A stretch of DNA of 39,099 bases, taken from contig NMRA01001216.1 in assembly GCA_002633005.1 (NCBI GenBank), positions 1-39,099 of the forward strand, given 5' to 3'. Positions within the stretch are counted from its first letter, which is position 1. Every line of letters begins with the position of its first letter. The notes below the pieces were generated by a model. It did no database searches. It was not told the DNA's origin and saw only the letters and a program-made list of their open reading frames with translations. The translations under genes were made by a program, and so were the position numbers. This document shows, piece after piece, positions 33,496 to 39,099 of the stretch. This stretch comes from Phoronis australis. Taxonomy: Eukaryota > Animalia > Phoronida.

Positions 33496-36207
33496 AGCCA
33501 GAGAACAAAATATCGAAAGGGAACCAAAAAACACAGCAAATCTAAAAAAATAAGTCCTCTTACCGTATCTCAGCACTTCAATTTCAGTTCAGTGATAATA
33601 GTTTTCATCTTAAATCTTCCTATTCTTCACCTTATTAACCCGCCGTATCACTGTAAATGTTATGGCCTCCATTCTACCTCTACAATTCCTGGCAACAGGC
33701 GCATTGTAATCTCTTGTCTGGGAGTCATAACAAGCATCGAAAGCAGTTGTTGGAAAAGTCGTGTGAGACGTTTGTGCTGCCCTTATTTCGGTATATGTGC
33801 CTACGTTTTGTAGGGTTTCCAAAAGACGAGGAGGGGAGGGAAGTTATAAACAGTTCGCTTTCCTGTCAGGTACATTTCTCATCATAACTTAGTCACCTAT
33901 AATTTATCAATCTCCAAATGGAATTCCAGATTTTGTTTGCCGATTTCTAAGTAGACTTCTCGTCCCGTTCACTGCCAGTGGTGAACTCTGAATGCCGGCA
34001 CAAGTGGAAAGTTAATACAATGTAGCTAGCACTACTTTCTTAACAATGGTGGCCGTTATTACACCCAACTTGTTTTTCTCTGGCGTTTGCACAGATTTAA
34101 AGCCTGCAATATGGAGAGCAGTTTTAACTTGAAGCAAAAAGACAAAAAAATAATTTGCTTTGATCTTGACAAAGGGCCACTTCCTAAACGAGCATTGGTA
34201 TAAAATGTTTCATGCCTGTTTTCATAACTTTATTTTAATATTCCTGTCTACTTGCTTTTTTCTTACTGGTTAGGTTGCTATCTTTATATTTTTTGTTTAA
34301 CAGAAGCATCAAAACAACTTAGAAGTCAGTTAAGTATGAGCCCATCCCTAAAATTTTCAAGAGTACAGCTACACTGAACATGTCACAAGAAACAAAACTC
34401 CACGTGCCATTAGTTCAAGTTCAATCTTTATTAGAACTCGAATCATAAAATATATACAAATGTGCAAATTTGGTGATAGTCAAACTGAAGATTTGGAACC
34501 TCTGGACAATTTTGGCTGCAGTAAATGCATAACTGTTCTAGCTTTCCTTCAGTAACAAAATGTGAAATCACAGCTCTTGCCCACACACCAACCTCATCCA
34601 CTGCTTGCACTTGTTCGTTTACTACAAAGTTAGCCATCTTAGTTGTCCTCAGGGGTGTTCCATAACAACTACAATAGCAGTTTCCTGATTAGTGTACTAC
34701 TCCTGGAGTCAAATAGTTCGGCATGCACTTGGCCATAAGCGATGTTTTAATAATTATTGATATGTAATTTAGTCACTGTGTGTTTTTCATAGATGTTTCA
34801 ATGCAGCTAAGTTGTATATTAAAACGAATAACAGACGTGATATTCTAAACTCTGATCAGCGTTTGTCAATCACCGAGTATATCAATACGCACAGTCGTTT
34901 ATCTCCAATCGACCCCAATGCTTGTACAGTAGTTTTTAGCTTAATACAGTCCATCGATTTTTAAAACACCGAAAACCAAAATTGGTTGTTTTTTTCCATC
35001 TGAATGCAGCTGCATTTTGAAAATTCGCCAGTACGTACAGGCAGAAGTGTTTACTACAATTTCTGGTCGGGTAATTACACTTAATTGGGTCTTGCTTGCA
35101 CGGGACAATGTGGTCATCGCAACTGATTCCGATGCTGGTGCCGCGCTCTCCTTTGATCCCGGTAAAAGCCGCTCCGTAGGACGAGCGGTGAGAAATCACG
35201 CACATCTTTAGAAACGCCTGAGTTGCTGCATGTGTTGCTCCACTCCTGGACTAGGCTATTAGTGTTTCCTGGATCCATGTTCCGTTTTTAATTTTTAAAT
35301 CATCCCAATGTATATCAGATTTCCATAAAGAATAGTGTACATGTACATCGACCTTAACACTGAGCACAAAAAGTGGTAAACAGGACGCCGACAACTGAGA
35401 GCAACTGACGGAAATTGATCGGTTTGCAAGTTTTTCCATTGTGCCTATTCTTACCACTGACGGCGTATTGTAGCTGATCGCCAGGTTGTCGTCTGTTGCA
35501 CGTGCTCTACTTTCTCGCCACCGGCTCCACTCAGTTTCGCTGGTCTAGCACGATGTACGCCTCGTTGTAACTAATTCGTGAGGTTTTAACGACCAAGACA
35601 TGGTCATGTGACCTAATTTTACATTAAAACACAACATTTGACAGATTCTGCGGGCGATGCTTGGCGCGAGAGACCGTGTCTTTGGTCACTAATAGCGAAA
35701 ACTACTCCAACATCACATGTTTTAATGCATTATGTTTCTGTTAAAAGAGATTTCAAATGCAGTACTCATATATATTTTTCAAAAAGACAATTCAGTGAAA
35801 CAAATCTTTTTGAATTTTCTCTTTATTTCCATTGATTAAAAAATCTTAAAATCAAAGAGTTATTCTCAAGTATACTTGTGTTGATTTGAGAGGTTTCAAT
35901 TTTTTATTGATTGAATAATCTTCAAAAGAATTGCTGGAAACAAATTCGTGTAAAATTATTGCATCGTTGTAAAGCAGCCATCTTGGAATATTCACGTGAT
36001 AACAAGCGCCCCCGAGCGTACTCTTGAATGGTTCCAACTCAATCACTGCCAATAGGTTCTTATGAGTGCGCAAACGTGATTGGTGGAAACAGGGACTGCG
36101 TACAGTAGTTTCTCACAATTGCTGAATTACGAGTGGTTACAAACTGACACGTGCGGGGTCTACCAGTTGCCTTGTCGATGTACGCTTAGCTTTTGTTTAG
36201 TACGCAC

Positions 36208-36288
36208 CTTTTTACTGGGCATTCCAGTTCTAAACACTGGCTGCCTTTCTTCGGTGTGGCTCTTTGCAATACGCTCTTTCTCTTTTTC
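36208..36288 (-). CDS. Exon-like segment of unknown affiliation (EKEKERIAKSHTEERQPVFRTGMPSKK)
   Basis: Good acceptor tttgtttgtgcag and donor aag|gtgcgt; 81 nt, open. No recognisable motif. Confidence 0.3.
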
Positions 36289-37768
36289 CTGCACAAACAA
36301 ACGGGCATCATTTCAGTTCCGGGCAAGAAATAATATCAAACAAATTCGTAACAGTAATTGGCCTAACTCTTAACTTAGGATTCACGATGTGCAGTTTCTT
36401 CACATAAAGAAACTAAAGAAGTAGGATCAATTTTAAAGTGACTCAAATATGACTTGAGAATTCACGAAGATAAGATACACATGTAAAAAAAGCTTCTCAA
36501 AGCAGCAGCATCTTTCATAGACTTAAAACCTGCACTGTAGCACGTGTAGAAGAAGCAATTTCCCATAGGTTTCCCGTTCCTTAAAACTGTGTCCATATGC
36601 TCACTGAAACTGTGAATGGGATTTGCTAAATTACTCGGAAAGCACGCTTTCAATTGCGTTAAAACAATTTATACTGCAACGCCCCCACGCTGAAAGTGGA
36701 ATAATATTTTCTTAAAGTTAAGCCAGGCCTTCGTTTAGAAACTGGCTTCGAATCTTAATAACTTGAAATATAATGCGTGTCAACTCATAAGAGTAAATGT
36801 TTTTAGAAAGTCTGGAGAAGACAATAGAATTGGTCAATTATTTTTTGCAAAAGAAAAACTTCTAAAAATAACTTTGGGATACGAGACATTGCAGGAAAGT
36901 TGGCATAACCAAGCAAAAATCGCCCTTCTATGTATGAACAGAAAAACAGTTCCAGTTTTTTAATAGGTAGTTCCATTCCTTAATATTATAAAATCAATTT
37001 TGTTGTTATGAGGTTTGAAAACCAACGTAAAGTTGACACTTTCTGAGAAAAGGTTTTGACCATGAACCTTTAAATTGCATGTTTTGAGGTTTCATGACGA
37101 TGTACATCTATCCTCTCAAACCGTGTTCCTTATGTGCAAAAACTAACGTTTTTGGGTTATTTTGGAAAAATTGATGGGCCATAGGGTTGAAAAAAATATT
37201 CAATTTTATCGTCTTTTCCACATTCCAAACTTTTCTAAGATATACCGACTTTATGTGTTGCCACACATTATATTTCAAATTATTTAGAGTTGAAATTGGT
37301 TTCCCGAAGGTCCGGTGTAGCCGTTGTTTCCTCTGTACATTTTTGCTGTGCCTTAATTTTCCCGCATGCTCCTGCCCTTCGACTATGGTGGTCGACTGGG
37401 AGTCGCCATATCGCCTGAAAACTATAGCATGCCTCACCCCTCTCCCCCACCCAGCTCTTTTTACGGCCTTGACTGTGAATTGAGTATTCACGTTAGCTTG
37501 TCGCCAAGTTGATCGTCTCATTTATCTCATTGTGGTTATCGGGCGTACACGTATGATGTTATTGACTCCCGTTCGTAGTTTGTAAAGCCTCTCGCAGGTG
37601 CCCCCTCACTCAATACGGAAATCACCTCACCGCTTTTGGAGGAAAAATATACTACGGAGGACTGAGCTAGGGAAGTTGTGCAGTGTAAAACACGCAGTAT
37701 ATTTAGCCCCATTGAAAACGTCCTCGTGCACTGAAGGGTAATGTGGTGAACGATTACGGTTCTCATAC

Positions 37769-37831
37769 TATGGAGCGGCCACTCATGCGTCTCGAGCTCG
37801 GTCTGTGACTTAATAGCGATTAAACAGCCAC
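37769..37831 (-). CDS. Alternative candidate exon for kinase subdomains II-III (GGCLIAIKSQTELETHEWPLH)
   Basis: Long T-rich tract then gacag acceptor; a|gtatga donor; 63 nt, phase 1 to 1, compatible with the 26181 exon. IAIK fits the VAIK lysine motif. Confidence 0.4.
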
Positions 37832-38410
37832 CTGTCACAGAGTGAATTATGATAATAATGACAAAAACAAACATCTAACTGATACACAAAACGTTAACGG
37901 TCAATGTCCATTCCAAAACAAAAGACAAGGGGTGAAACCAGGTTGTCAGGAGCTCTAATCACCGCCTCAGATCGGTAAATGCGTTAGAGCGAGCATTATC
38001 AGTCAGATGTGATAAAGGCAAGAACGCAGTCTCAAAGTTTATGCTAAATACATGTATCTTGGGTCGGCACCCTAAAGTAGTCAGATAGGGGAACGTACAC
38101 TGTATATACTTTCTCTAAACGATTTTGCGCCAGTTTTTTCAGGTTTCTCTCCGGTGACGATGAAAGTTGTACCACTCAAAGATCCAGGATCTATGCATTT
38201 CGTAGATTTTTATTTCGTACATTTTCAATTGTTTATGCATATGGTGAAACTGTTACATTGTGGGCGAATGCAGACCTGTTGGAGGATTTGAGAGAAAGCA
38301 ACAACGTACACCACAGAACCTTATACAGTCTTTGTACGGTTACCCGTTAGTTTTTGTGCAGAGTATAGATGGCGCTAGCTTTTGCTCGATCCCGTTTTGC
38401 CGCTAGGGTN

Positions 38411-38810
38411 CAACCCTCATGATTTTGATGCATTGACCCCGAATCATTTGCTGATGGTGAAACCTGGACATTCTATGCCTCCTGGAAGCTTCGACCCCAG
38501 TGATATATATTCTCGTAGAAGATGGCGTCAAGTCCAGTATTTGGCTAATGTATTCTGGAAGAGGTGGTCACGAGAGTACTTGCAAACACTTCAAGAACGT
38601 CAAAAGTGGCTGAGGACTGACCGCAGCCTGCGTGTTGGTGATATTGTGTTGGTTTCAGAGGATTCTGTTAGAAGCGTATGGCCTTTGGGTCGCGTCACTG
38701 AAGTGCATCCGGACAGGAATGGCTTAGTTAGAGTGGTCACAGTTAGGACGCGCGATTCCACTGTTCTACGACCTGTGGACAAACTTTCTGTTGTTCTGGA
38801 AGTTGATTGA
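38411..38810 (+). mobile_element. BEL/Pao LTR retrotransposon polyprotein C-terminus (post-integrase DUF5641-type region)
   Basis: LTPNHLL...[32 protein letters not shown]...VGDIVLV...[11 protein letters not shown]...[10 protein letters not shown]...RPVDKL; stop-free; begins at the single-N join 38410. Confidence 0.92.
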
Positions 38811-38931
38811 CTATGATTTATTACAGGTGTACGTGTTGGAAGTTGTTCTTCGGTATACCTGAGACTCATATTCATTGATATTAGTCACTAAGTTACTGAC
38901 TGTCATAGCTTTATTTGTTTGTTTAGTANAA

Positions 38932-39099
38932 TTATTCTCACCCTAACCAACTGAAACTAAAAGTCTGTCTCATTAGAGGCAATTTGTAATGCCTTTGGAG
39001 TGTTTGTGAGTGCAAATGATTTGAGAAGCCAGCAATGAATAAATCACTGCGTTACCAGCTTTAGGTGCTATAAAACTAATTGACGGGACACCGAGGCCG
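38932..39099 (+). repeat. Dispersed repeat, copy 2 (runs off the window end)
   Basis: Diverged colinear match to 22732-22912. Confidence 0.9.

Noticed and set aside
35852-36073. THKNLL...HEF...SFEDY resembling kinase subdomains IV-V
   Set aside because: Motif spacing is far too long and no convincing splice boundaries were found.
38382-38410. Start of the 142-aa ORF
   Set aside because: Lies before the single-N join; only the part after 38410 is BEL/Pao-like.

Overview
AT-rich, repeat-dense eukaryotic DNA, probably from an invertebrate animal (spliceosomal introns, metazoan-type transposons; species not determinable), with one 150-N gap and three single-N joins. Most six-frame ORFs are noise. 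The main content is a minus-strand spliced gene that the ORF track shows only in fragments. Seven GT-AG exons (26001 to 6824) splice in phase into 305 stop-free aa, and an eighth upstream exon is probable. The product is an IRE1/RNase L-family kinase-fold plus KEN ribonuclease protein. The kinase keeps HGDIKPSN but has no DFG and no APE, and has a short activation segment, resembling the RNase L pseudokinase. The KEN catalytic motif (Y...RNxxxH) is intact and is preceded by a Lys-rich insertion. Decayed tandem copies of individual KEN exons lie beside the live ones. The 5' end of the gene is unresolved. Introns and flanks hold a decayed Penelope-like element (RT + GIY-YIG + hammerhead-like motif), a Gypsy gag relic, a P2X7-ballast/KolX-like relic, a THAP/Kolobok-like 5' end, a palindromic hammerhead-type element, hAT MITEs with TSDs, a tRNA-SINE relic and a BEL/Pao C-terminal fragment. 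A ~0.9 kb duplication around the gap is probably an assembly artefact. All protein comparisons are by eye from remembered family motifs; no search was run.
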